The notes under the pieces were generated by a model that was given only the letters and a program-made list of their open reading frames with translations, was not told where the DNA came from and did no database searches. A program made the translations under genes and the position numbers. A stretch of DNA of 64,000 nucleotides from Phormidesmis sp. Lineage in GTDB: Bacteria > Cyanobacteriota > Cyanobacteriia > Leptolyngbyales > Leptolyngbyaceae. Of the stretch, positions 50,429 through 60,580 are shown piece by piece. Where the stretch lies: assembly GCA_965248535.1 (NCBI GenBank), contig CBDFJR010000005.1, positions 480,001 through 544,000 of the forward strand, in the 5' to 3' direction. Each line of letters opens with the position of its first letter. Within the stretch, counting starts at the first letter, position 1.

Positions 50429-50954
50429 TGCGTTTTGGAACTAAATAGATTGCGCCCGAAACCCAGGTAAGAGCCACTGAAACCCAGAAGGCGCAGAGAG
50501 AGAAGCGTTGCCACGAGTCAGGCAGGGGAGCGATCAAAAGCGCGATCGCCACAATTTGACTGACGGTTTTCACCTTGCCCCAAAAATTTGCCCCCTGAAT
50601 GGCCCCCCCTTGCAGGTTGGGATCAACGCGCCACCCAGCGATCGTCAACTCCCGCGCCAAAATCATAAAAACGCCCCAAGCGGGAATCTGTCTTAACTCA
50701 ACCAGTGACATCAGAGGAGCCAAAACCAATAGCTTATCGACGAGCGGATCTAAAAACTTACCCAAATCTGTGACCTGATTAAGCTTTCGAGCCAGATATC
50801 CGTCTAGCCAGTCTGTTCCTGCGGCTAAGAGAAAAACACCCACCATGAGCCAGCGAGTTTGGGGCGTGGGAGCGTGTAACCCATATAAAAGAAAGGGCAC
50901 CCCCAACAAACGAGAGACCGTGATCCAGGTTGGCAAATTCATAGGCTTGAGCAA
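50421..50954 (-). CDS. pgsA: CDP-diacylglycerol--glycerol-3-phosphate 3-phosphatidyltransferase
   Basis: TDWLDGYLARK...T.LGKFLDPLVDKL; ATG 50942 is an alternative start. Confidence 0.93.
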   Translation of the reverse strand: MLKPMNLPTWITVSRLLGVPFLLYGLHAPTPQTRWLMVGVFLLAAGTDWLDGYLARKLNQVTDLGKFLDPLVDKLLVLAPLMSLVELRQIPAWGVFMILARELTIAGWRVDPNLQGGAIQGANFWGKVKTVSQIVAIALLIAPLPDSWQRFSLCAFWVSVALTWVSGAIYLVPKRTN

Positions 50955-50976
50955 ACGGCATCCTCATTTAGCAGCC

Positions 50977-51015
50977 AAAAAAGAGGGATGACCCTGTTCG
51001 GATTGTCCCTCTTTT
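50977..51015 (-). terminator. Terminator after the sugar transferase gene
   Basis: AAAAGAGGGA/TCCCTCTTTT stem; A-run on the plus strand gives the U tail. Confidence 0.65.
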
Positions 51016-51077
51016 CTGGTATTTGCGGAGATAGATCTAATGAAATGATGGCTATCTTCGAGAGATTTAAGCGCTGA

Positions 51078-51797
51078 TCAGCACGCTCCCCGTTTCTTAA
51101 GCACGACCTCGATCGTACTCAGAATCAGTTTGAGATCATAGGCGATTGACCACTTTTGCTGATAAGCGACATCTAATTTGACGATATCTTCAAAATCGAT
51201 GACGCTAGAGCGACCGTTGACCTGCCACTCGCCAGTCATGCCTGGCTTCACCTTGAGACGGGCCCAGTGGTGAGGCTGATATTTTTTGACTTCATCAAGG
51301 GTCGGAGGTCGAGTTCCAACTAGGCTCATCTCACCTTTGAGCACGTTCCAAAACTGAGGAAGCTCATCTAGGCTGGTGCGCCGCAGAAATGCACCGACGC
51401 GAGTGATCCGAGGATCATTTTCGTTTTTAAAGATATTTCCCTTCGCTTGATTTTCGACCAAGTGCTTTCGCTGTTCTGCGTCGGCAACCATTGAGCGAAA
51501 CTTCCAAATTTTGAAGGGCTTCCCTTTAGCACCACAGCGCGTTTGACTATAGAAAACGGAACCTGGATTGTCACGCTGGATGGCGATCGCCACCGGAACT
51601 GCCACAATCGCAGTGATGCTTAAGCCAACTACAGCACCCACAATATCAATCAGTCGTTTTAGCTTACTGTGTGCCGAAGAATGGAGAGCTTCCAATTCAA
51701 CGGAACTCTGAAGTGCGATCGCGGACATCTCAGCTTCTTGAGAGCATTCAAGCAAGATTGAGTAAGGAGGAGAGGAAATTTCAGAAGACATCATCAC
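51078..51797 (-). CDS. Bacterial sugar transferase (initiating phosphoglycosyl transferase)
   Basis: KRLIDI, KFRSM, DPRITRVG.FLRRTSLDELPQ, MSLVGTRP, KPGMTGEWQV.GR. Confidence 0.93.
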   Translation of the reverse strand: MMMSSEISSPPYSILLECSQEAEMSAIALQSSVELEALHSSAHSKLKRLIDIVGAVVGLSITAIVAVPVAIAIQRDNPGSVFYSQTRCGAKGKPFKIWKFRSMVADAEQRKHLVENQAKGNIFKNENDPRITRVGAFLRRTSLDELPQFWNVLKGEMSLVGTRPPTLDEVKKYQPHHWARLKVKPGMTGEWQVNGRSSVIDFEDIVKLDVAYQQKWSIAYDLKLILSTIEVVLKKRGAC

Positions 51798-51982
51798 GGG
51801 CAGCAGCCAATTTTTACAAGGTTGACTTCACTGCCAATATATTCAGCCTCACCTCCTATGTGGTAGGAAAAGGGGCGACGTTTGCTCAATCTTTGAATTG
51901 ACTCAAGTTTTTATGAAGTTCTGATAGGGGTTGAGGAAACTTTCCCTTAGATAGATGCCCCGTCGCTTCAGATTCTTAGAAA

Positions 51983-53242
51983 TTAATGAAATAAATCATC
52001 CATTCCAGACAGCTTGACCCCCGATGAAGGGGCAGAAGACGGCGATTGAAGTCTAGCGGAATGAGACGATGTGCCGTCTCGCTCCTCTCGTTCTAGATAA
52101 GAAAGCTCCTCACTGAGTTGAGTGAGAATGCTTTGGTCAAGCTGAAGGTCTAGCCCCACGTTCTGATCAGAAGGAGAGGCAGGCAATAAGTCTTCGTGGG
52201 GGGTGTAGGTCGTTTCGATCAGCCTTGATGAGATTGCGTCAGATAGATCTAGAGACTGAGAAGGGGACTGGAGGTTTGATAAAGCAGCCGACTCTGGGGC
52301 AAAAGGGGGCTGTTGAACAATCGCAGGGGGCGGGACGGGAGTCACATGAAGCGGCTTCTGCGTTCCACTACTGATCTGCTCTAACAGATCGGTGAGCGCG
52401 TGAATCGAATCAGACTGGTTAAGGAATCCAGGGATTTCTTCTGCGCGAGGCGTAGATAGCTCGGTTCCGGGGTAAGGAAGCGATATCATTGCTGAGTCAG
52501 AGGCTCTAGCCGCACTGCTGCTAATCGACGGAGACAGCAGCGGAGTCGATCGCAACCGCAACTCACTCTCTGCGATCGCTGGGGGCGCTTGAGGCGGCAC
52601 ATCAGCAGAGGCTTCGTGACCCGGTTGTTGCGCCGGACGGCCGACTAGCGCAGCGGCCATGGCTTCTCCCTGCGCTCCTAAGCCATGCAGTTTGGCAAGC
52701 CCTTGAGAGAGTGAATCTTGATAGGCAACGATATCTTGCTGCAAGGCATCAAAGACCACTCTTAACGTGGTGTCGAGCGTGCCCAGCACTTGATCGGCCC
52801 GATCGTGCACGGTCTGCAATTGCTCAACTTGAGAAGACGTTAACGACGAGGGATCGGGAGAGCGATCGAGAGATTGACTGTGGATCTGAGACTCCAACTG
52901 CCGAATTTCACGCATGAGCGCATTGCGCTGCTGGGTGAGGGTGATCACCTCAGACTGCAAGGGTCTGAGCAGCGTTGAGCGCAACTCATTGATCTCTTGA
53001 GTGAGAGACTGCATAACCTGTTGAGCATTGGCTCCACTCTGATCTAGCGCCGCAGATTTTGGTGGTTGCTCAAAATTGGCCGCCGATCGTTGCTCTATCA
53101 AATAGCTGCGTATTTGTTGTAAAACTTGACGCTGCTGGCTAATCTGCCCGCTCGCTGCCCACGGAAACCGAGAAACCGATTTGTGAAGAGCACCGTCAAT
53201 TTGGTCAATGAGTATCTGAAGTTGATCTATCTGAGAAGTCAC
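51983..53242 (-). CDS. Coiled-coil, low-complexity hypothetical protein
   Basis: Gln-rich heptads, LDTTLRVVF.ALQQD...YQ.SLSQGL.+LH.LG.QGE block; GTG 53242 chosen (AAGGA upstream), track start 53365. Confidence 0.7.
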   Translation of the reverse strand: MTSQIDQLQILIDQIDGALHKSVSRFPWAASGQISQQRQVLQQIRSYLIEQRSAANFEQPPKSAALDQSGANAQQVMQSLTQEINELRSTLLRPLQSEVITLTQQRNALMREIRQLESQIHSQSLDRSPDPSSLTSSQVEQLQTVHDRADQVLGTLDTTLRVVFDALQQDIVAYQDSLSQGLAKLHGLGAQGEAMAAALVGRPAQQPGHEASADVPPQAPPAIAESELRLRSTPLLSPSISSSAARASDSAMISLPYPGTELSTPRAEEIPGFLNQSDSIHALTDLLEQISSGTQKPLHVTPVPPPAIVQQPPFAPESAALSNLQSPSQSLDLSDAISSRLIETTYTPHEDLLPASPSDQNVGLDLQLDQSILTQLSEELSYLEREERDGTSSHSARLQSPSSAPSSGVKLSGMDDLFH

Positions 53243-53876
53243 GATCGCGTCCTTGACTAAAGTTTTGCAGAACCGAGGAATCCGTTTCACCGTTAGTATG
53301 GGCAGAAAAGCTGAGTTTCCTTCAAGGCACAACGTTTCTGCACGACGGCGATCAGAACAGGTCATTTTTAAGAATTGGCCATCCAGAATAGAGACCCAGA
53401 ATCTTCAAGCATTTTTGAAAAGCCTCAAGTTAAGGAAATTATTCTAGATATCACAAGATAACAGATAGAAACTCAGCATTAAGTTGAGATTTCTCAGCAA
53501 TCTGGCGGATCGGCTTCAGAGTTTGCCCAATTTTAGCCATCTGTGGGAGTTTATCGGGTGTTAGCAACACGTTAGGGTATGATATCGATTGATTTTTGTC
53601 TATTTGTGTCTATCTATAGAGTGCCGGTTGCTTCACCTCGGTAGAGATTAGCGATCGCCCAACAAATTGTGGCATCATCATCTATCATCAAGCTACTAGT
53701 TGCTTACCAGTGAATTGCCACAAAATTCTGATTTCCAAACCTTTATAACCGCTTAATTTATCTGTAATTTTACTGGCTTTAAGAATAAAATCTCTCAGTA
53801 AAATAACCCTTATTTGGGTTCTCTGAAATTTCGCTTCTCCTCAGTGTGACTTGAACCCTCTCGAATTAAAGTTCCA

Positions 53877-54578
53877 ATGGAAGATTGGCATAACCCGCGC
53901 GACAATTCCTCTAGTGTATCGATCGCCGCTGCTCCCTTTTTTGAAGGGTTGCCAGAGGCAGCCGTTGAGAAAGCAACTGCCCATGTGGTGATGCGAAGCC
54001 ATCCCGCTAACCAGGTCATTCTGTTAGAAAATGACTGGGGAAGCTCTGTGTATTTTATTTTGACGGGCTGGGTCAAGATCAGAACCTACAACCTTGATGG
54101 CAAGGAAGTCACCCTCAACATTTTGGGCAAAGGCGAACTCTTTGGCGAGATGGCACCCCTAGACGAAGTGCCCCGATCGACCGATGTGATCACCCTGGCT
54201 CCGACCGCGATCGGCAATATGCCTGCTCAAGATTTTGTGAGACTGCTCAACCACGAGCCACAAGCCGGGGTTAGACTGGCCCAACTGATGGCGCGTCGCC
54301 TGCGGCAGGTCAATCGGCGGCTGAGACTGCGAGAATCTGACAGCACCTCACGAGTTGCCGATATTTTGCTGTTTTTGGCAGAAGGGCAAGGCAAGCGCAG
54401 CCCTAAAGGCATTGAGATTCCAAACCTGCCTCACCGAGAATTGAGCAGCCTGAGCGGTTTAGCGAGAGAAACCGTAACCAGAGTGTTGAGCAAATTAGAA
54501 AAAAAAGGGTTGATTGAGCGCGATCGTGACACCCTTTGCATTCCCGACTCCCACGCGCTAGAGCGGCTGATGATTTAG
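53877..54578 (+). CDS. crp: cAMP receptor protein (SyCRP1-like Crp/Fnr regulator)
   Basis: FGEM....PRS cNMP pocket, HTH LARETVTRVL; HPANQVILLENDWG recalled from SyCRP1. Confidence 0.88.
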   Translation: MEDWHNPRDNSSSVSIAAAPFFEGLPEAAVEKATAHVVMRSHPANQVILLENDWGSSVYFILTGWVKIRTYNLDGKEVTLNILGKGELFGEMAPLDEVPRSTDVITLAPTAIGNMPAQDFVRLLNHEPQAGVRLAQLMARRLRQVNRRLRLRESDSTSRVADILLFLAEGQGKRSPKGIEIPNLPHRELSSLSGLARETVTRVLSKLEKKGLIERDRDTLCIPDSHALERLMI

Positions 54579-55321
54579 AGAATTGGCGACATCTTTAAGC
54601 AAGCCTGTAGGTCGAGTTGCAGCAGCTTTGGGTAGGGATCGACGATCGCGGGCTGACCTCGCAGAAACCCAGTATTTGCTCCAGGGCAAATAAATCGCAG
54701 CGTGCTGGGGGTGAACTGATCCACCAAGGTTTGGACATTGCGAATTTGACGAAGCCAATGAAAGGTCTTGGCCGTTCTAAGCGGGACGGGATTGCCGTGA
54801 CGATCGGGCACCAAATGCCGACCCGAAAACAGCACCCCTCCCCACGCCTGATGATAGAGACAGGCAGCCCCCGGAGAGTGACCCGAAGTCCAGATCAGGC
54901 GACTGTGAGCATTGAGGCTTAAGGCTGCTTGAAAGACCGTGACCGATAACCCCGGCAGCAAATAGGCCTCTTGCTCTTGAATCACAACTTCACAGCCTAA
55001 TGCCTGCTGAATGGCCCTAACGTTGCCCATGCCACCCCGATGCGTGATCACCAACCAGCGCACCCCCTGCGCCTGCAAAAAAGCCTGGTTTGTCTCATCC
55101 CAAGCCGGGCAGTCTACTAAGATATTGCCGTCTGTTTCTACAATGAGATAAGACGTTGCGCCCAAGGTGTGGCGATTGGGCGCAAAGGCAAAAACAGCGT
55201 CAGCAGAGCAGCCGTCTTCGCCCTTTAAAGCCAGACGGGGCGGCTTAGAAGCGGTCACCGTTTGACGAAATGAACTAGCCTGAAGAGGAGTGGAAGAGGA
55301 TGCAACGGGTTCTGAAGGCAC
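54575..55321 (-). CDS. MBL-fold metallo-hydrolase-like protein
   Basis: PNR.TLG.TSYLI, NILVDCP, ITHRG, GHSPG, LFSGRH; start uncertain. Confidence 0.82.
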   Translation of the reverse strand: MPSEPVASSSTPLQASSFRQTVTASKPPRLALKGEDGCSADAVFAFAPNRHTLGATSYLIVETDGNILVDCPAWDETNQAFLQAQGVRWLVITHRGGMGNVRAIQQALGCEVVIQEQEAYLLPGLSVTVFQAALSLNAHSRLIWTSGHSPGAACLYHQAWGGVLFSGRHLVPDRHGNPVPLRTAKTFHWLRQIRNVQTLVDQFTPSTLRFICPGANTGFLRGQPAIVDPYPKLLQLDLQACLKMSPIL

Positions 55322-55599
55322 GGGTGTTATAAAAATCCTGACTGTGAGGCTGTCAACTTTGAGGGTGAGCGATCGCTCTTGCTAGTCTTGCCAGCTTATT
55401 AAGGAGGCTGCAAAGAGTGCAAAGGTGTTAGGCTTCACCAATTTAACTCATTGAAACGGTGGACGAACAGATTGGGCCAAGGGGGCTAGTGGGTTGAGTG
55501 TTATGTTTAAAGTCTGACTGGGCAGCTTTCAAAGACCAAACAAGGCTCTGTGGCGGCATTTTTGAATCGACTGCATCATAAATTTGTAACATTCAGCGC

Positions 55600-57087
55600 A
55601 TGAATTGGATCTGGTTACTGGTATTAGGACTGATTACCTACTTTATCGTGCAGAGAGTGACCGGAATCACTCGCACTCCCGTTTGGGCGCTGTGGTTGGT
55701 TGCGATGATGCCTGCGTTTTTGCTCACCACTTGGGCGATCGCATTTGGCACTCAGCGACGCATGCCCCTGGAGCTAGTGATTTTGCTGTTTGTGGGCTGT
55801 TTGGCACTGTATCTCTATCTAATTCAAAAAGGGCGAATTGCTCCGACTTCTGCGATCGATACGGCGGCTCACCCCCCGACTTCGACTTCTGAAACTCTCT
55901 CTGAGCAGCCGGCCGAGCCATCGATTTCGCGCCCGATTAACCAAGCCGAGGAAACCAGTTTGCAAGGCTGTTTTCCCTGGTCGGTCTATTATTTACAAAC
56001 TATTGAATATCGTCCGCAAGCGGTGATCTGTCGGGGGCAGCTACGCACCACGCCCGACGTGGCCTATAAGACCATTCAAGAAAACGTCGAAGGGAAGTTT
56101 GGCAATCGCTTCTTTGTCGTGTTTCAAGAAGGGCTAAACGATAAACCCTTCTTTGCGCTGGTGCCCAACCCTCAAGCCAGCCTAGAAGCCCGACAAGATC
56201 GACGGCTCACTCGTCCTGGTGTGGCGCTAGGTCTAGCGGCGATGACGTTACTCACGACGACGCTGGCAGGGTCAGAAATTGCTGGAAAACAGCCCACTTT
56301 AGAAGCCTCGGTGCTGATGCAAGGGTTGCCTTATGCACTGGCAATCATGGGTTTTTTTGCGGTGCGATCGCTGGCCTGTTATTGGACGACTCGCCGCTAC
56401 CGCGTTGCCGCCACCTTGCCTTACTTTATTCCCGTCATTCCCCTGCCGCTGCTGCCCTTGGGAACGGTTGGGTCATTTATTCAACTGCGATCGCCGATTC
56501 CCGATCGCAAGGCGCTGTTTGATGTGGGCGTGATTGGCGCATTGGCAGGAATGGCGATCGCGATCCCCCTCCTGTTTTGGGGCTTAGATCATTCCAGCGT
56601 GGTCGCCCTGCCGCCCAAACCTGGAGCCGGACTCCTCAGCTTTGAGGCACTGAATCCTAAATATTCTCTCGTGTTGGCAGTGTTAGGAAAATTAGCCCTC
56701 GGCAGCCAGTTAGCGGCTCAAAAGGCGATTAATTTGCACCCGATCGCCGTCGCAGGCTGGATTGGCTTACTGTTTAGCGCTTTTAACCTCATGCCCGTCG
56801 GACAGTTGGATGGCGGCCGCATGGTTCACGCGATGTTTGGGCAACGCACCGGAGCGGCGATCGGGCAGGTTTCTCGACTGCTGCTGTTGATTCTCTCCTT
56901 TGCTCAACAACATCTGCTGCTGTGGGCCATTTTGCTCTTGCTGCTGCCTGCCACTGACGAGCCTGCACTAAACGATGTGACGGAGCTAAACAACGCTCGC
57001 GACGTGATTGGGCTATTGACCCTGGCGCTGGTGCTGCTGATTATTTTGCCTGCGCCTAAAGTCGCGCTGGCGTGGTTGAGTCTGTAA
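55600..57087 (+). CDS. Site-2 protease (M50/EGY-like) homolog lacking the HExxH motif
   Basis: GQLR, TLPYFIP, DRKALFDVG, FNLMPVGQLDGG, PALNDV; the HExxH position reads RSLAC. Confidence 0.88.
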   Translation: MNWIWLLVLGLITYFIVQRVTGITRTPVWALWLVAMMPAFLLTTWAIAFGTQRRMPLELVILLFVGCLALYLYLIQKGRIAPTSAIDTAAHPPTSTSETLSEQPAEPSISRPINQAEETSLQGCFPWSVYYLQTIEYRPQAVICRGQLRTTPDVAYKTIQENVEGKFGNRFFVVFQEGLNDKPFFALVPNPQASLEARQDRRLTRPGVALGLAAMTLLTTTLAGSEIAGKQPTLEASVLMQGLPYALAIMGFFAVRSLACYWTTRRYRVAATLPYFIPVIPLPLLPLGTVGSFIQLRSPIPDRKALFDVGVIGALAGMAIAIPLLFWGLDHSSVVALPPKPGAGLLSFEALNPKYSLVLAVLGKLALGSQLAAQKAINLHPIAVAGWIGLLFSAFNLMPVGQLDGGRMVHAMFGQRTGAAIGQVSRLLLLILSFAQQHLLLWAILLLLLPATDEPALNDVTELNNARDVIGLLTLALVLLIILPAPKVALAWLSL

Positions 57088-57092
57088 AATGT

Positions 57093-58421
57093 ATGGATAA
57101 TCAAGTCGCGGCTGCTCAAATCCTGCATCGCAATCTGCTCTCATTGCTGGTCTATCGAGAGATTTTGAGCGATCGGGTCGGGCAAGCCTTCTTAACGGTG
57201 TTGCAGGCGATCGCTGGTGCAGACAGTGCGATTGCGCTTCAGGCTTATGGCGCGTGGTTTTCAGCGCTGGCTGACCGCAATCAGGGCTGGCAAGACTATT
57301 TGCTCGATCGGCTTTTGACCGCAGAGAATGCTTTTTCGCGTCATGGGCAAAAAGAGGCCCTCCCTTCTGCCTTGATCAAAGCAGTCAAGCGCGATCTACA
57401 GATATTACAAAGTCTTTATGGCTGTCAGAGTCAGCAAATCTGTGAGTGGGTGAGTCAACAGACTGGATTGGAACCATTAACCGCTTGGTCAGATGAATTG
57501 TCTCCAAACACAACGGCGAGCTTTTCTGAGGGGAGCTTTTCTGAAGCGATCGCTGCACCGCTCAAGACCCAGCTAAAAACGATGCCAGATTGGGCAGAAG
57601 CTGTAGAGGCGCTATCAGCCTACTATCATAAATTTGGGACGGGGATTTTTGCCCAATATCGAGCATTTCGCTGGCAAAATGGGCAACTGGTGGCGATCGC
57701 GCACCCCGACTCGCTGCGGGCATCTGATCTGATTGGCTATGAACCTCAGCGCGAGATGCTGCTTAAAAACACAGCGTTTCTATTGTCAGGGCACGCAGCG
57801 CTGCATATCTTACTTTATGGCAGTCGCGGATCGGGGAAGTCTTCGCTCATAAAGTCGCTGCTGCGAGAATATCACGATCGTCCGTTGCGGCTGATCGAAG
57901 TCGGCAAATCTGAACTCAAAGATCTGCCCACGATCGTTGAGCCGCTGCGAGATTTACCGCAAAAATTCATCATTTTTGTCGATGATTTATCGTTTGAAGA
58001 AGATGACGACGCTTATAAAGCGCTAAAAGTGGTTCTAGAAGGCAATCTCACGGCACGTCCTCAAAATGTGGTGGTCTATGCCACCTCAAATCGACGGCAT
58101 TTAGTGCGCGAGTTTTTTGACGATCGTCCTCGGCCCAAAGATGCCGACGAAATTCATCACTGGGACACCGTGCAGGAAAAATTATCGTTTAGCGATCGCT
58201 TCGGGTTAACCCTCACGTTTGAGCCTGCAAATCAAGCCACTTATCTAAACATGATTCACCATCTCGCGCAACAGGCGGGGATCACGTTGGAGCCGGAAGA
58301 TTTAGACTATCGAGCGTTGCAGTGGGCAACCCGACACAACGGACGATCGGGCAGAACTGCGCGGCAGTTTATCGATTTTTTGCAGGCCGATTTATCTCTA
58401 GTTGAGCTATCAAATCAATGA
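57093..58421 (+). CDS. DUF815 AAA+ ATP-binding protein
   Basis: GSRGSGKSS, FVDDLSFE, YATSNRRHL, SDRFGL, GRSGRTARQF; ATG 57093 preferred. Confidence 0.9.
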   Translation: MDNQVAAAQILHRNLLSLLVYREILSDRVGQAFLTVLQAIAGADSAIALQAYGAWFSALADRNQGWQDYLLDRLLTAENAFSRHGQKEALPSALIKAVKRDLQILQSLYGCQSQQICEWVSQQTGLEPLTAWSDELSPNTTASFSEGSFSEAIAAPLKTQLKTMPDWAEAVEALSAYYHKFGTGIFAQYRAFRWQNGQLVAIAHPDSLRASDLIGYEPQREMLLKNTAFLLSGHAALHILLYGSRGSGKSSLIKSLLREYHDRPLRLIEVGKSELKDLPTIVEPLRDLPQKFIIFVDDLSFEEDDDAYKALKVVLEGNLTARPQNVVVYATSNRRHLVREFFDDRPRPKDADEIHHWDTVQEKLSFSDRFGLTLTFEPANQATYLNMIHHLAQQAGITLEPEDLDYRALQWATRHNGRSGRTARQFIDFLQADLSLVELSNQ

Positions 58422-58819
58422 CCTTTATCTACCAACGAACGGTGCGCTTTGAAGACACCGATGCGGCTGGCGTTGTTTATTTTGCTAATGTTCTCAAGAT
58501 TTGCCATGAGGCTTATGAAGAAGTTTTGATCACCGCAGGCATTGATTTAAAATCATTTTTTCGAGACTCTGATGTTGCGGTTCCCATTGTTCATGCCGAT
58601 GTTGATTTTTTTCGTCCTTTGCACTGTGGCGATCGCTTACTAGTTCAAATCAATCCCCATCCCATTAACGACAGTGAGTTTGAAATTATCTATGAGATTG
58701 GGTTAGCCGATTTCGATCGTCCTGCGAGTCGAGCCTCTACGCGCCATGTCTGCATCGATCCAATCAGTCGATCGAGAAAAGAATTGCCGCCTAAACTGCG
58801 TCAGTGGGTGCAGCACTGA
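58418..58819 (+). CDS. menI: Hotdog thioesterase, likely 1,4-dihydroxy-2-naphthoyl-CoA hydrolase
   Basis: RTVRF.DTDAAGVVYFAN...CHEAYEE, PIVHA.VDF; ATGA overlap with the upstream gene. Confidence 0.75.
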   Translation: MTFIYQRTVRFEDTDAAGVVYFANVLKICHEAYEEVLITAGIDLKSFFRDSDVAVPIVHADVDFFRPLHCGDRLLVQINPHPINDSEFEIIYEIGLADFDRPASRASTRHVCIDPISRSRKELPPKLRQWVQH

Positions 58820-58820
58820 T

Positions 58821-59663
58821 CTACTTTTGGTTGAGAATGCACTGCCCATCAAGGATCGTGACTCCGCCCGCGATCGTCAGGCGACACTGTGGCATAATTT
58901 TAGCGATCGCGCTTGGCTTGCCCGCCTTTAGGTGAGCGATCGCCCGCCCGGTTTCAGGCTCAAACAGTCGAAACCAGCGATAGCTTCGCAGATATTCAGG
59001 CTTAAAAGCGGCTGGATCAAGCAGCCAATAGTCAACGTGATAGCGCTCAATTAGCCGTTTTGCAGGCATCAGATCAGGGCTGTATTGGGCCTCTAAAAGC
59101 TCCAGCATTCGTTGACGAATCTGACGATAATAGCCCAGATGAAACGGCACTGCATATTCTTGAGCGGTGAGCGTAGACCGCTGACCAAACATCGGCAAAT
59201 TGCTGCCATCTAGCCCCAAATAAGCCGTCAAGCTTGACGTTGGGCTGGCTTGCAAAAATCGATAAAGCTCCGGGTTGCCGCCCGTGACATAGCCCGTGTT
59301 AGGAAACTCCTTCCACACCAGATGAGGATAGAGCGCGGCGGCCACTAGCAAGGTGCCAATCAGCCCAGACACCAGCAGAGAGCGAACGGACGATCGGGCT
59401 TGCCGAGACCAGTTCAGCAGTGAGTTTAGCCCGATCGCTAAAACAATGCCTGCCGCCACCGCCATAACCACTCGCCAGCTATGGGTCGTGTAGCGGCTGG
59501 GAAAATGGAGTTTAACAAACATCAGGTGAGCCAGAAAAAATCCCACTACGCCGGATAGCGCTAACTGGGGCAGAAGTTTCCAGTCCGATCTCAGTTCTTT
59601 TAAAAGCGGAATCTGTGGGCGAAATCTTAGCAGACCTGGCAACAATAGCCCGATCGTGATCAA
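58821..59663 (-). CDS. C-terminal part of a polytopic membrane protein (probable frameshift split)
   Basis: KLHFPSRY, several TM segments, EYAVPFHLGYY; TTG start overlaps the upstream TGA. Confidence 0.6.
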   Translation of the reverse strand: MITIGLLLPGLLRFRPQIPLLKELRSDWKLLPQLALSGVVGFFLAHLMFVKLHFPSRYTTHSWRVVMAVAAGIVLAIGLNSLLNWSRQARSSVRSLLVSGLIGTLLVAAALYPHLVWKEFPNTGYVTGGNPELYRFLQASPTSSLTAYLGLDGSNLPMFGQRSTLTAQEYAVPFHLGYYRQIRQRMLELLEAQYSPDLMPAKRLIERYHVDYWLLDPAAFKPEYLRSYRWFRLFEPETGRAIAHLKAGKPSAIAKIMPQCRLTIAGGVTILDGQCILNQK

Positions 59664-60580
59664 CGGGGATTTGAGGTGACCTGAATGCCGCTATCGGTGC
59701 CATCTAGCCAAAACCCAAAAAAACTGGGGAAGAAGAAAGGCAATCGTCCGCCTGGCAAAAACTCAGGCATAATGCGGGCTTGAGCCGCCGTCACCGTCGG
59801 CGCAAACTCTGATTGACTCAGCCCATAGGGAAGCAGAGTGACGATCGCTAAAACCAAGATTCCTAATTCTGCGCGCCGTGGTTTTGGAAATAAGTTAGCT
59901 GCAATCCATGATCGTAGTGAAGAACGCTTTGAGATATTTTTTAGATTGAATTGGATAGTGCTTCTAATAAACCATAGATAACGCAAGCTGATAAATAAGG
60001 TGATTAGAATTGCCGCTAGGGGACAAAACAACCCCATAATCAAAACCGTGATTGCTAAGGGAATCCAGTTCTTTCTCACCAGATAATAGAGAAAAGCAGT
60101 CAGCAATAATTCCCAAAACGATCGCGGAGATGCAGAAGCGATATCATCTCGCTGCCAGCAGCTTTGCAGCAAAATCACACTGCTAAAAAAGCCAGCGATC
60201 GGAATCGGAAACAACAGCACCGTTAGCCGATAGCCATACCAGCCCACCAGCAGACTGAGCGGCAGCGGCAGCAATTTGCTCAACACCAGCGGAGAGATTC
60301 CCACATTTGCCATCCCGCGATAGAGCGCCCCCAGACCCCAAGGAGTGACCGACTGAAAATAATCTGCCATTAAATCATGGGGAAAGAGTTGTGGGTCGAG
60401 AAATCGCTGCATCCAGATCAGATAAACTCGCGCATCGTCCTGAATCACATAGTCGCTAGAAAACGCCTCCTGCAATGACAGTCCGCCATAGAATGCGGCA
60501 AACGCTAAACTCAGCACCAGCCAAAGTTCTGCTGATCGAAAACGGGATGCGATCGCCCCAAAAACAGCGCGACTATTCAT
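59660..60580 (-). CDS. N-terminal part of a polytopic membrane protein, possibly GT-C-like
   Basis: QDDAR after TM1, D.MADYFQSV, many TM segments; frame ends just after a C4 run. Confidence 0.6.
   Translation of the reverse strand: MNSRAVFGAIASRFRSAELWLVLSLAFAAFYGGLSLQEAFSSDYVIQDDARVYLIWMQRFLDPQLFPHDLMADYFQSVTPWGLGALYRGMANVGISPLVLSKLLPLPLSLLVGWYGYRLTVLLFPIPIAGFFSSVILLQSCWQRDDIASASPRSFWELLLTAFLYYLVRKNWIPLAITVLIMGLFCPLAAILITLFISLRYLWFIRSTIQFNLKNISKRSSLRSWIAANLFPKPRRAELGILVLAIVTLLPYGLSQSEFAPTVTAAQARIMPEFLPGGRLPFFFPSFFGFWLDGTDSGIQVTSNPR

Noticed and set aside
53845..53860. CRP autoregulatory site
   Set aside because: Only a TGTGA half-site; no TCACA at the right spacing
57518..57544. 12-bp direct repeat with 15-nt period in the DUF815 gene
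   Set aside because: Small in-frame duplication in a variable linker; no further structure
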